From NCBI GenBank assembly GCA_044346845.1, contig JBIIYK010000003.1:1-38854 (forward strand): a DNA stretch of 38,854 nt, given 5' to 3'. This stretch comes from Minisyncoccia bacterium. Its GTDB lineage: Bacteria; Patescibacteriota; Minisyncoccia; Phycocordibacterales; GWA1-40-21. Positions 8,335 to 17,390 of the stretch are shown piece after piece; position 1 is the first letter of the stretch, and each line of letters starts with the position of its first letter. Both the position numbers and the translations under genes were made by a program. The notes beneath the pieces are model-generated. The model was not told the DNA's origin, searched no databases, and worked only from the letters and a program-made list of their open reading frames with translations.

Positions 8335-8374
8335 AAGACTATTATAACAAGAATCCACTCAGAAAAGAAATAAC

Positions 8375-8400
8375 AAAAAACCAGGCGCTCTTATCCTGGT
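8375..8400 (-). terminator. Terminator of LysM-M23 gene
   Basis: Minus strand ACCAGG-ATAAGAGCG-CCTGGTTTTTT. Confidence 0.6.
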
Positions 8401-8420
8401 CTTCAAAAAGTTTTTTAAAA

Positions 8421-9491
8421 CTAAAAAGGATTCTTGGCTCCACGAACCTCAAAGTGTAAGTGTGGGCCAGTTGACCGGCCGGTATTACCAGAATAACCAA
8501 TTGTTTGACCTTGAGTAACAGACTGACCGACTGTGACTACTACATCACTCATGTGACCATAAACAGTTTGGGTGTTATTTGGATGTTTAATAACGATATA
8601 TTTACCATAGCCTCCGTTGTAACCAGAATTTTTACTGATAATAACGGTACCCTGAGCCGCCGCATAAAGGGTGGTTCCCACCGGCATACCATAATCAACA
8701 CCGTTGTATCCATGAATACCTTGAGACTTATGACCGCCAACAAAAGGCTTTATGTAATAACCAGCATAAGATGGGCCGCTAGCGTAATTTATTTTAGCAC
8801 CTGAAGAGTTAGAGGAGGCTGATGGTCTGATAGAGGATGAAACTTGTCCATCAGGAATCATAATAACATCACCCACGGCCAACTTGGCAGTTATTGCCAA
8901 ATCATTAAAACTAGCAATTTCATCTATATCACCATTATATTTGCTAGCAATTTTAACCAACGTATCACCAGAAACCACGGTATGTCTAACTCCAGAAATT
9001 GGGAGGATAACTAAATCTTGACCAATCTTAAGCACGGACCCTTTTGTCATATCATTGGCCCACAAAATAGTATTTACAGAAACGTCAAACATCTCGGCGA
9101 TTGAGGCCAAAGTATCACCACTCCTAACTATATAAGTACTAATCTGATCATTGGAGTTAGTCATCTTTTCTGGCTCATCCGTTGATGGGCCAACTTCTGG
9201 TAACAAAGCTTCACCATTATCAATGATCACATCTGACCCTGCTTTTACTGATAAATCAAAATTTGTAGCTGGTTCGAGTAAAACCATGGTCTGAGAACTT
9301 GTCTCTACTACAGTCTCAGCCTGAGCAGAAACACTTTGACCACCAAAAATATCTGAGAAGAAGGATGCAACACTAGCATGAGTAATAATAGGTATAAAAA
9401 CAAGACTGATTAAAAAAGAAAAAAAGAAAATAGGCCTTCCTAAAGAAAGCCGAAAGTCGTTATATATTTTAGTGTTTGATTTAAAATCCAT
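8421..9491 (-). CDS. LysM-domain M23 peptidoglycan endopeptidase
   Basis: N-terminal hydrophobic anchor/signal, two LysM repeats (YIVRSGDTLASIAEMFDVS; HTVVSGDTLVKIASKY), and M23 zinc motifs HGYNGVD and GPHLHFEVR. Confidence 0.93.
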   Translation of the reverse strand: MDFKSNTKIYNDFRLSLGRPIFFFSFLISLVFIPIITHASVASFFSDIFGGQSVSAQAETVVETSSQTMVLLEPATNFDLSVKAGSDVIIDNGEALLPEVGPSTDEPEKMTNSNDQISTYIVRSGDTLASIAEMFDVSVNTILWANDMTKGSVLKIGQDLVILPISGVRHTVVSGDTLVKIASKYNGDIDEIASFNDLAITAKLAVGDVIMIPDGQVSSSIRPSASSNSSGAKINYASGPSYAGYYIKPFVGGHKSQGIHGYNGVDYGMPVGTTLYAAAQGTVIISKNSGYNGGYGKYIVIKHPNNTQTVYGHMSDVVVTVGQSVTQGQTIGYSGNTGRSTGPHLHFEVRGAKNPF

Positions 9492-9567
9492 AATCGAGGC
9501 AGTTTGTAAAACTGTGATTCGGTCATCTATCAGGCAAAGTCATAAAGACTGGTGAACCGCCTACCCT
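9492..9567 (-). promoter_or_regulatory. Structured 5' UTR of LysM-M23 gene (candidate cis-regulatory RNA)
   Basis: Upstream promoter TTGATT-17bp-TACTCT on the minus strand. The leader has several competing stems (see findings). Confidence 0.4.
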
Positions 9568-9784
9568 TATAGAGTAACAAAAATAGACCCCATAATCAAT
9601 GAATAAGGGATTGGGCTGTGGATATCTCCAAATGAATATATGGCTCAAAATAAGGTTATTATATTTAGTTTATATTGACGGATATCATATTTTTATTGTA
9701 AAGTAAAAAATAAAAGATGAGGCTTTTATGAAATAATCATGAAGTAAAATATGAGGCTTACCTCTTCCATGCTATATTATGCAA

Positions 9785-11752
9785 ATGAACCCAAATTCAA
9801 TCGAAAATAATCATCTAGTAGGCCTAAATGAACACCAAAAAGAAGCGGTTTTACACACAAAGGGGCCACTTTTAATCTTTGCTGGAGCGGGGGCAGGTAA
9901 AACCAAAACCGTCACTTGTAGAATAATGCATTTAATTAAAACGGGGATAGAGCCCAAAAATATTCTAGCTATCACTTTTACTAATAAGGCCGCCAAGGAG
10001 ATGCGGGACCGGGTTCTAACCGCCATAGAAAAAGAAAGAGGACTAATAGGAAATTATCAGACTGAAAAGCCTTTCATTAGCACCTTCCACTCGCTTGGCG
10101 TGTATATTATAAAAGAAAACAGTCGAGAGCTGGGGCTGACCCGCCATTTTTCTATTTTTGACAAAAATGATTCACAAAAGGTGATTAAAGATATCATCCA
10201 AGAAATGGGTTTAGACCCCAAACAGCATGAGCCAAATAAAATTTTAGGTATAATTTCAAGAGAAAAAGGAGATTTAAAAAATGAGGAAGATTTTACTGAG
10301 TCTATCAGAGGAGAAAACTCTACTGCTCACCATGAGCTTGTAGCCCGTGTTTGGACAGAATACGAGAAAAGACTAAAGGCTGAAAAAGCACTGGACTTTG
10401 ATGATCTTTTACTTAAAACTTATAAACTTCTAAAAAACAAACCGGAGATTCTAAAAAAATATCAGGAGCTTTGGCAATATATTCACATTGACGAGTATCA
10501 AGACACCAACAAGGTTCAATATATGACAGTAAAAATGTTGGCTGAAAGACATCAAAATATTTGTGTGGTGGGGGATATTGATCAAAATATCTACAGCTGG
10601 AGAGGAGCAGATATAAAAAATATTTTAAACTTTGAAAAAGATTATCCAAAAGCTAAAGTAATTCTCCTAGAAGAAAATTACCGTTCAACCCAAAATATTT
10701 TAGCTGTAGCCAATGGCATTATCAAAAAAAATACTAACAGGGTAGAGAAAAATCTATTCACAAAAAATGCTGAGGGTGAAAGAATCAGTCTTTATGCTGG
10801 CTATAATGAGGTAGAGGAGGCTCAATACATTGCTAATAAAAGTAAAGAATTAATTGCCTCTGGTATTTCCGCGCACGAAATTGCCGTTCTTTACCGAGCC
10901 AACTTTCAAAGCCGGGCCCTGGAAGATGCTTTTTTAACTAAAAGTGTGCCGTACCAAGTACTAGGAACAAAATTCTTTGAGAGAAAAGAAGTTAAAGATA
11001 TTATTTCTTTTGTCCGTGCAGGACTAAATCCAGATAGTTTAACAGACATAAAAAGAGTTATTAATGTACCAGCTAGAGGCATAGGTAAAGTAACCATACT
11101 TAAAATATTTTCTGGACAAAAAGAAGATTTACCAATTGGGACTAAAATAAAAGTAGAACAATTTTTTAATTTACTAAAGAGGATAGGTGAACAAGCAGTA
11201 GAGAGTAAGCCGTCTGAAATCATAAAATTTATCATCAAAGAAAGCGGGATTGAAAAAGAACTTCAAGCTGGTAATGACGAAGATAGAGAGAGGCTAGAAA
11301 ACATGAGGGAACTAGCAACCCTAGCTATTAAATATGACCACTTACCCTTGGGTGAGGGGATAGAAAAATTAATTGAAGAGGCGGCCTTGGTAAGTGATCA
11401 AGATAGTTTAGAAAAAAATGAACCAGCTGTAAAACTCATGACCGTTCACGCCTCTAAAGGATTAGAATTTGATTATGTTTTTATCACCGGGCTAGAAGAG
11501 GATTTATTCCCACATCAAAGGATGAATGCCACCAAGAACAAAGAAGATAGTGAGGAGGAAAGGAGGCTTTTTTATGTAGCAATAACCAGGGCCAGAAAGA
11601 AAATATTCCTAACTTATGCTAATACCCGAACTATTTTTGGCTCAACCCAATCAAATACTCCGTCACAATTTATTTCTGATATAGATGAAGATTTATTAGA
11701 AAATGATCAGACATTTGAATATCGGGAGAAAATAATATATCTTGAACTATAA
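9785..11752 (+). CDS. pcrA: UvrD/PcrA superfamily 1 DNA helicase
   Basis: AGAGAGKT, ILAITFTNKAAKEM, IDEYQDTN, VVGDIDQNIYSWRGA, LEENYRSTQNIL, LMTVHASKGLEFD, EEERRLFYVAITRA. ATG 9785 chosen because it lies 6 nt after TGCTATATT. Confidence 0.96.
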   Translation: MNPNSIENNHLVGLNEHQKEAVLHTKGPLLIFAGAGAGKTKTVTCRIMHLIKTGIEPKNILAITFTNKAAKEMRDRVLTAIEKERGLIGNYQTEKPFISTFHSLGVYIIKENSRELGLTRHFSIFDKNDSQKVIKDIIQEMGLDPKQHEPNKILGIISREKGDLKNEEDFTESIRGENSTAHHELVARVWTEYEKRLKAEKALDFDDLLLKTYKLLKNKPEILKKYQELWQYIHIDEYQDTNKVQYMTVKMLAERHQNICVVGDIDQNIYSWRGADIKNILNFEKDYPKAKVILLEENYRSTQNILAVANGIIKKNTNRVEKNLFTKNAEGERISLYAGYNEVEEAQYIANKSKELIASGISAHEIAVLYRANFQSRALEDAFLTKSVPYQVLGTKFFERKEVKDIISFVRAGLNPDSLTDIKRVINVPARGIGKVTILKIFSGQKEDLPIGTKIKVEQFFNLLKRIGEQAVESKPSEIIKFIIKESGIEKELQAGNDEDRERLENMRELATLAIKYDHLPLGEGIEKLIEEAALVSDQDSLEKNEPAVKLMTVHASKGLEFDYVFITGLEEDLFPHQRMNATKNKEDSEEERRLFYVAITRARKKIFLTYANTRTIFGSTQSNTPSQFISDIDEDLLENDQTFEYREKIIYLEL

Positions 11753-11774
11753 GGTTCAGTAATTAAAAGACGAA

Positions 11775-12593
11775 ATGCAAAACATACCAGCAAAAAAATC
11801 GTTAGGGCAAAATTGGCTAAAATCAAAAACAGCTTTATTTAAAATGGTTGAAACAGGGGAGATTTGCTCAACCGATATTATAGTTGAAGTTGGTCCTGGG
11901 AAAGGCGCGCTTACAGAAAATCTATTAGAAAAAGCGGGAAAAGTTATTGCGATTGAAAAAGACCATCGACTAATAGAACTATTAAAAGATAAATTCTCAA
12001 AACAAATTACGGAAGACAAACTAATCTTATTAAGTAAAGATGTTTTGGATTTAATTCCAGAAAAATTTAGATTGTTTGGTGACAGTTACAAAGTCATCGC
12101 TAACATTCCTTATTACATCACCGGGCAATTCCTGCGGAAATTTTTAGAGACCGAGGCCCAACCAGAAAGGATAATTGTAATGGTGCAGAAGGAAATTGCC
12201 GACCGAATTGTGGCGCACGATGGTAAGGAAAGCTTGTTATCTTTAGCGGTCAAAGTCTATGGTCAAGTAAAAAAAGTGATGAAGGTGGATAAAGAAAATT
12301 TTTCCCCCGCTCCAAAAGTTGATTCGGCTATTCTGGCAATCACAAATATCTCTAAGAAGTTTTTTACTGATAACAACATTCCTGAAAAAAAGTTTTTTGA
12401 AATTTTGCACGCCGGTTTCGCTCATAAAAGGAAAATGCTTTTAGGGAATCTGAAAGAGTGGTTTATAAAAAAGGGAAGAAAAGATACCGAAACTTTACCA
12501 AATATCTTTGCTGAAATAAAACTTTCCGAAAAAATTCGGGCTGAAGACATTACCCTTCAAAACTGGGCAGACCTAACAAAAAACCTCCACTAA
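11775..12593 (+). CDS. rsmA: 16S rRNA m6,2A1518/1519 dimethyltransferase
   Basis: KKSLGQNWL, VEVGPGKGALT, IANIPYYITG, MVQKEIADRI, FSPAPKVDSA. Confidence 0.97.
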   Translation: MQNIPAKKSLGQNWLKSKTALFKMVETGEICSTDIIVEVGPGKGALTENLLEKAGKVIAIEKDHRLIELLKDKFSKQITEDKLILLSKDVLDLIPEKFRLFGDSYKVIANIPYYITGQFLRKFLETEAQPERIIVMVQKEIADRIVAHDGKESLLSLAVKVYGQVKKVMKVDKENFSPAPKVDSAILAITNISKKFFTDNNIPEKKFFEILHAGFAHKRKMLLGNLKEWFIKKGRKDTETLPNIFAEIKLSEKIRAEDITLQNWADLTKNLH

Positions 12594-12616
12594 TCAGTGG
12601 AGGTTTTTTGTTAGGT
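12571..12616. terminator. Bidirectional terminator (21-bp perfect inverted repeat) between convergent genes
   Basis: ACCTAACAAAAAACCTCCACT-AATC-AGTGGAGGTTTTTTGTTAGGT. The left arm lies in the last codons of rsmA. Confidence 0.85.
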
Positions 12617-12627
12617 TAAAAAGTGTA

Positions 12628-15600
12628 CTACCACGCCCACCAAGGACGGTCTGGTACGTACTGAGGTAATGGTGTGAGATCGCGTAGTGGTGTCATGTCA
12701 GGCTGAGGTGTTGTTCTATAGGATGTTGGTGTGGGATCAGGCGGCGGCGGATTATTTGGTATTAATTGAATTGGATGTTGGTCATAATAGGCAGGATTAG
12801 TTTTATATAATTCTCCAGCCTCCTCCCAGGTCATCAGTGGTGTAGACGGAGGCGGTGGTGGTAGCTGATCTAGATCATCAGGATCAGCAACAGGAGGTGC
12901 TTCTCTATAATCAAAAGCAGCAGTGTCAGCATCACCATCTTCAACTATCGGCTTAGGGATTTCTTGTGCCGGGACTGGTGGTGGTGTAACAAGACCAGTA
13001 GTAGAAACCTTAACAGTCACAGTGTAGTTCCTTTTATTTCCATTCATACCAGTGACGGTATATTTAACTGGTGAATTAAAGTTCTGGGCTACGCCAGTAG
13101 CTGGGCTAACAGACTTTGAGTCTGCGCTGATAGTGACATCAGGAGCAATCGAGGTAAGATCAATTGGATCTGATAGCGTAACTATAATTTGACCGGAGTT
13201 CTGATTAATTGAAACTGAGGAACCTAGACCAGACACGGTTGGGAAACTAAAACCGGTAATCCTGGCTGATAAATCAGCACACTCACCAGGTTCACTGACT
13301 TCTTTGAGTGCTCCAAGTTGCTTAAGTGGGACTCCGGCGAGGGGATTATTAGTTACTGTATTAAGTGGTAAAGTACCATTACAGATATTCCTTGTCTCAA
13401 GAGCCCAAGCATCACCTGTACCTAAAAGTGTACTACCCGTCCTTTTAAGAGGGTCGTAATCATACGGTGAAGCTACTCTTAATTTCGAGATGGCTGAGCT
13501 TTTTACTATAAGCCACCCTGTACCCTCAGTATTAGGAATAGTTGGGGCACTTCCTGGAGCACGATAGACTGGGCAACTCTCTAGGGTTATGACCTTATAC
13601 GCTAGGTTATTAGAAGTAGAATCCTTTTTACAATCATAAATACCTGTCACCTGACCACCAAAAGGAATATTTGTTATATCTTCAACGGCGCCAGTCCCAG
13701 AACCAGGTTGACCAGGGATTGGTGCATCTGGGTTTGTAAGACCAGAATCAGGCTGGCCAGTGCCTGGCTGCTGACCTGAGTTTGGGAAACCAGAACCAGG
13801 CTGACCAGAACCAGGTTGACCAGAACCAGGCTGACCAGAACCGGTAGCACATGGATCATAGTACCCTCCACTAGGCTGGTTTGCGAAACCATTTGGTTGA
13901 CTACCAAAAGATCCACTTACACCCGCCCCAAAGCCACCAGACCAACCAGTACTAGAATTATACCCCAGACCGCCAGTTGCTCCCACAGAAAATCCATTAC
14001 CAGAATTACCACCAGGATTACACTGACTACCTTGACCGTTACCAAAAGGACTGCCGCCGCCCGATGAACCACTGCCGTCAGGACTGCCGCCGCCCGATGA
14101 ACCTACGCTAGGAAAAGGGCTACTACCAGAACCAGAACCTGGACTAGCACCCCCGCCAAGGCCACTTGTATCTTCTTGAGTATCTTCTTCTGCATCTTCT
14201 TTTCCATCTTTCCCATCCTCATCACCAAAAACCGCTACGGCACAATTTGTCGTTCCAGTTAAAGTACCAGACTTAACAGTTAGATTGGCCTCTTTTGCGC
14301 CAACGGAAGAATAAGTTTTAGTAAGAGTTGACTTTGAACCAGAAAGCCCCTCACCTGACCATTTATATTTATAACTTCCATTTCCACCAGAAGCTTTTGC
14401 TTTCCATGTCACCTTTTCCCCAGTTGAGACAAAGGATGGCTTAGCTTCACAAGTAATAGCTAGATCAGTAGTGGAAGCAGTGGTATCGGTGGTTGTGGCA
14501 ATTACAGTTACAACATAAGACTGGGTGGATCCATTATTAGCACTAACGGTGTAAGAAACGGGATTAGTGAAATTTTGGACTACGCCACTAGCTGGACTAA
14601 CAGACGCTCCAGTAATGACAATAATAGGAATCAAACTGGTAGTAGAGGTGTTAAGAGGAACCCTAACTTCAATGGTGTGTGCTGTTTCGTCGATAACACC
14701 ACTAGCTACTGGATTAGAAAAACCAAAAGAAGTAATCGCCTTATCTGATACAGAGGCATTGGTAACAGTTACAACATAATCCTTAGTAGTACCATCAATT
14801 GCGGTCACCGTATAAGTAACGGGGTTGGTAAAATTTTGGGCCACACCAGTGACTGGACTAACAGACGCTCCTGTTCCCAAAATACTTGGGATTAAAGAGG
14901 TGACATTAGTACCATAGGGGACAACTACAGATATAGCTCCAGAATTTTCATCAATAACGCCAACGGCTGGTGGGGTTACAAAACTAAAATTTGTAATAAC
15001 CTTAACAGCTGAATCTACAACTGAGCTAGAACTTATTCTAGCGCTACAATCAGCTGTTGCTACCATAGAACCAGAAGTTACTCTGAGATAGACAGTTTTC
15101 ACTCCAGGAATTGAGTATTCTCTGGACACTGTCCTGGAACTACCTGAAACATCTCCCGCCCATTCATATCTGTAGCTACCAGTACCTCCATCTGCTTCTG
15201 CCTCCCAAATAACAGTGGAATTTATAGTGGTAGTGGCTGGAGTAGCCTCACAAGAAACCTCTAAATCTCCATCATCGGTAGATCCAAAATTAATCCAAAC
15301 CGAGTCAGTAACTGTCCCCAAAGGACCAGTACAAGAGATACCATAATTACCAGAAGCGTTCACAAAGACCGACTGTGAACCAGAAAGAGGTTTTGAACCA
15401 GAAGTACTTTGACAAGAGGTTACGTTAGCAGAGGTCCAAGTAACAGTCACATTACGAGCTGAATTAACGTTTAGCTGACCACTCTGGCCATTAATTTTTA
15501 AATCAACAAAAGGAGAGGTTCCAAGAGTAGGAGTGTTGCAGTTAAACAGATTTCGAGCTGCTTGTGCTCTGTTTGTTGGAATAACCGCAATACTAATCAA

Positions 15601-16143
15601 AACCTCGGTAAATCTACAAGTAGAAGAGTTTGTGTTGTCAACATAGGACGTAACAGTTGTGGCGGGAATTACTGTTTGGGCTACCCTACTTGGCCTATTT
15701 TGAGGTAAACCAATAGAATCTGGTGTAGTCATTACCCCAAGCAAGAGATTCAATTTTGTTCGGGTCAATTTATCAAGATTACCAGTACCAGTGGTTAATC
15801 CATTAGGAGTTAAGATAGAATCCTTGTATTTATTCTGAAATTTAATAACGGCGGACTTGGTCAAAGGACCAAAATAAGTACCCTCGTTACCAAGAGAGCC
15901 AACATCATCCGTATTTAGGGTGACAATAGTGTCCACGGAGGAATTTAGGACACGCTGAAGCTCTTTTACATCTGGATCAGTGTCTCCAAGCATTAAATCC
16001 TTCTTGAAGGAAAAATCAGAGGAAACAACAGTCCTTAAACTACCCACATTTTGGGCCTTAGCCACATTTACAAAAGAAATGGAGCTGATTAACAAAATTA
16101 AGACTAATAAAAGAGTGGAGACAAATGAACTTATTTTTTTCAT
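12628..16143 (-). CDS. Large secreted surface protein: peptidoglycan-binding domain, PKD/Ig-like and DUF5018-like repeats, Gly/Ser- and Pro-rich regions
   Basis: Signal peptide (..VNVAKA), PG-binding-like LMLGDTDPDVKELQRVLN...YFGPLTKSAVIKFQ, two PKD-like modules (WxAxAxGGxGSYxYxWxG), and three repeats of SVSPxxGVxQNFxxPVxYTV. Also GQPGS repeats and a Pro-rich C-terminus ending PWWAW. Confidence 0.85.
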   Translation of the reverse strand: MKKISSFVSTLLLVLILLISSISFVNVAKAQNVGSLRTVVSSDFSFKKDLMLGDTDPDVKELQRVLNSSVDTIVTLNTDDVGSLGNEGTYFGPLTKSAVIKFQNKYKDSILTPNGLTTGTGNLDKLTRTKLNLLLGVMTTPDSIGLPQNRPSRVAQTVIPATTVTSYVDNTNSSTCRFTEVLISIAVIPTNRAQAARNLFNCNTPTLGTSPFVDLKINGQSGQLNVNSARNVTVTWTSANVTSCQSTSGSKPLSGSQSVFVNASGNYGISCTGPLGTVTDSVWINFGSTDDGDLEVSCEATPATTTINSTVIWEAEADGGTGSYRYEWAGDVSGSSRTVSREYSIPGVKTVYLRVTSGSMVATADCSARISSSSVVDSAVKVITNFSFVTPPAVGVIDENSGAISVVVPYGTNVTSLIPSILGTGASVSPVTGVAQNFTNPVTYTVTAIDGTTKDYVVTVTNASVSDKAITSFGFSNPVASGVIDETAHTIEVRVPLNTSTTSLIPIIVITGASVSPASGVVQNFTNPVSYTVSANNGSTQSYVVTVIATTTDTTASTTDLAITCEAKPSFVSTGEKVTWKAKASGGNGSYKYKWSGEGLSGSKSTLTKTYSSVGAKEANLTVKSGTLTGTTNCAVAVFGDEDGKDGKEDAEEDTQEDTSGLGGGASPGSGSGSSPFPSVGSSGGGSPDGSGSSGGGSPFGNGQGSQCNPGGNSGNGFSVGATGGLGYNSSTGWSGGFGAGVSGSFGSQPNGFANQPSGGYYDPCATGSGQPGSGQPGSGQPGSGFPNSGQQPGTGQPDSGLTNPDAPIPGQPGSGTGAVEDITNIPFGGQVTGIYDCKKDSTSNNLAYKVITLESCPVYRAPGSAPTIPNTEGTGWLIVKSSAISKLRVASPYDYDPLKRTGSTLLGTGDAWALETRNICNGTLPLNTVTNNPLAGVPLKQLGALKEVSEPGECADLSARITGFSFPTVSGLGSSVSINQNSGQIIVTLSDPIDLTSIAPDVTISADSKSVSPATGVAQNFNSPVKYTVTGMNGNKRNYTVTVKVSTTGLVTPPPVPAQEIPKPIVEDGDADTAAFDYREAPPVADPDDLDQLPPPPPSTPLMTWEEAGELYKTNPAYYDQHPIQLIPNNPPPPDPTPTSYRTTPQPDMTPLRDLTPLPQYVPDRPWWAW
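13789..13842. repeat. 15-bp coding tandem repeat (GSGQP x3.6)
   Basis: ACCAGAACCAGG(C/T)TG repeated at 13789, 13804 and 13819, partial at 13834. Confidence 0.9.
14048..14103. repeat. 23-bp direct repeat, 33-bp period (GSSGGGSP x2)
   Basis: GGACTGCCGCCGCCCGATGAACC at 14048-14070 and 14081-14103. Confidence 0.9.
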
Positions 16144-16327
16144 ATTAAAAAATTAATAAATTAATAAAGATTAATAAAAAAGTATAAATAAATACACAAT
16201 ATTTACTTCCACATTATACCATAATACAAAAAAGTTACACAACAACTAATTCAAAATAGCTTAGTCTTATAAACCACAGCCAATTACTATACTTGAGAGT
16301 AAGAATTTGATACAATATAGAAATTAT

Positions 16328-17377
16328 ATGAATAAATACTTGCCATCAAAAAAATTTATTTCTATCCTCCTATCTATTGTTGTTGCTTTAGGAATTATTT
16401 TTATCTCTCTTCCACCAAATAAACAAAAAAAGACAAACACAAATAACAACAAGGCAGCTCAGACAGAAAACAATATCACAAAGCTAAGTATGAATAGTGC
16501 AGATACTGACGAAGATGGTCTAAAAGATTGGGAAGAGACTCTCTGGGGAACAGACTCTAAAAAATCAGATACTGATGGTGATGGGACTACTGACGGCAAC
16601 GAAATAAAAGCCGGACGTGACCCATTGAAGCCAAATACTAGCACAAAAGGCAAGGAACCTAACGACACATTGGAAAACCAAAAAATAATTGCTCAAAAAA
16701 AAGCTGAGGAAGATTTTAAAAACCTGACCGTAACAGAAAAGGTAAGCCATGAACTGTTATTACAATATTTAAAGACAGGAAAAACTGACTCAAAACTAAC
16801 AGATGTAGAGGTTCAAACCATTGTAAATAAGGCCCTGACTTATTTACCGACAATTACTTATAAAACCCACAGCCAAAGGGATTTAGGAGTAATAAATTCC
16901 TCAACCAATGAAGTCCTGAGAGACTATGCTAATAATGTGGCCAAAATTATTTTAGATAACTTAATGACAAAAACAGAGAGTATTAATTCGATAATCGCCG
17001 ATACTGGGGACATCAACAATGATGAAAAATTGACAGAAGAAACTAAAATAATTTTCAAAAGATTTGACCCACTAATAGCTAAAAATAAAAAAACTGTCAC
17101 AAGCTTATTAAATGTTTCTGTTCCAGAAATATTTTTAACTAAACACCTGGAATTAATAAACTCTTTTGAGGAAATTTACGAAAAGCAGGTCCTGATGCAA
17201 AAGTCCGCGGAAGATATAGCAGTTTTAGTACTTGTAAAAGGGAACTATTACGAGAGTGTTCAAGAACTATCAACTGTTTTAATAAAAATAGCTGCCCAAG
17301 TGTCTGCTATGAAAATAAAATTTGTGAGCGAAAATGATTATGGTTATCAGCTTTTTAATGTTATAATTCCAAGATAA
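16328..17377 (+). CDS. Membrane-anchored protein with bacterial TSP3-like Ca-binding repeats
   Basis: N-terminal TM helix, DTDEDGLKDWEE..GTD...SDTDGDGTTDGNE..AGRDP motif, helical C-terminus. ATG 16328 follows TGATACAAT. Confidence 0.8.
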   Translation: MNKYLPSKKFISILLSIVVALGIIFISLPPNKQKKTNTNNNKAAQTENNITKLSMNSADTDEDGLKDWEETLWGTDSKKSDTDGDGTTDGNEIKAGRDPLKPNTSTKGKEPNDTLENQKIIAQKKAEEDFKNLTVTEKVSHELLLQYLKTGKTDSKLTDVEVQTIVNKALTYLPTITYKTHSQRDLGVINSSTNEVLRDYANNVAKIILDNLMTKTESINSIIADTGDINNDEKLTEETKIIFKRFDPLIAKNKKTVTSLLNVSVPEIFLTKHLELINSFEEIYEKQVLMQKSAEDIAVLVLVKGNYYESVQELSTVLIKIAAQVSAMKIKFVSENDYGYQLFNVIIPR

Positions 17378-17390
17378 TAAAATATCATTT

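Noticed and set aside
13741-14150. Repeats that could suggest a CRISPR array
   Set aside because: Periods are multiples of 3 with no unique spacers. They encode GSGQP/GSSGGGSP within an ORF, and no cas genes are present.
16144-16200. ATTAATAAA repeats upstream of the surface protein gene
   Set aside because: Low-complexity AT-rich leader sequence, not distinguishable from background.
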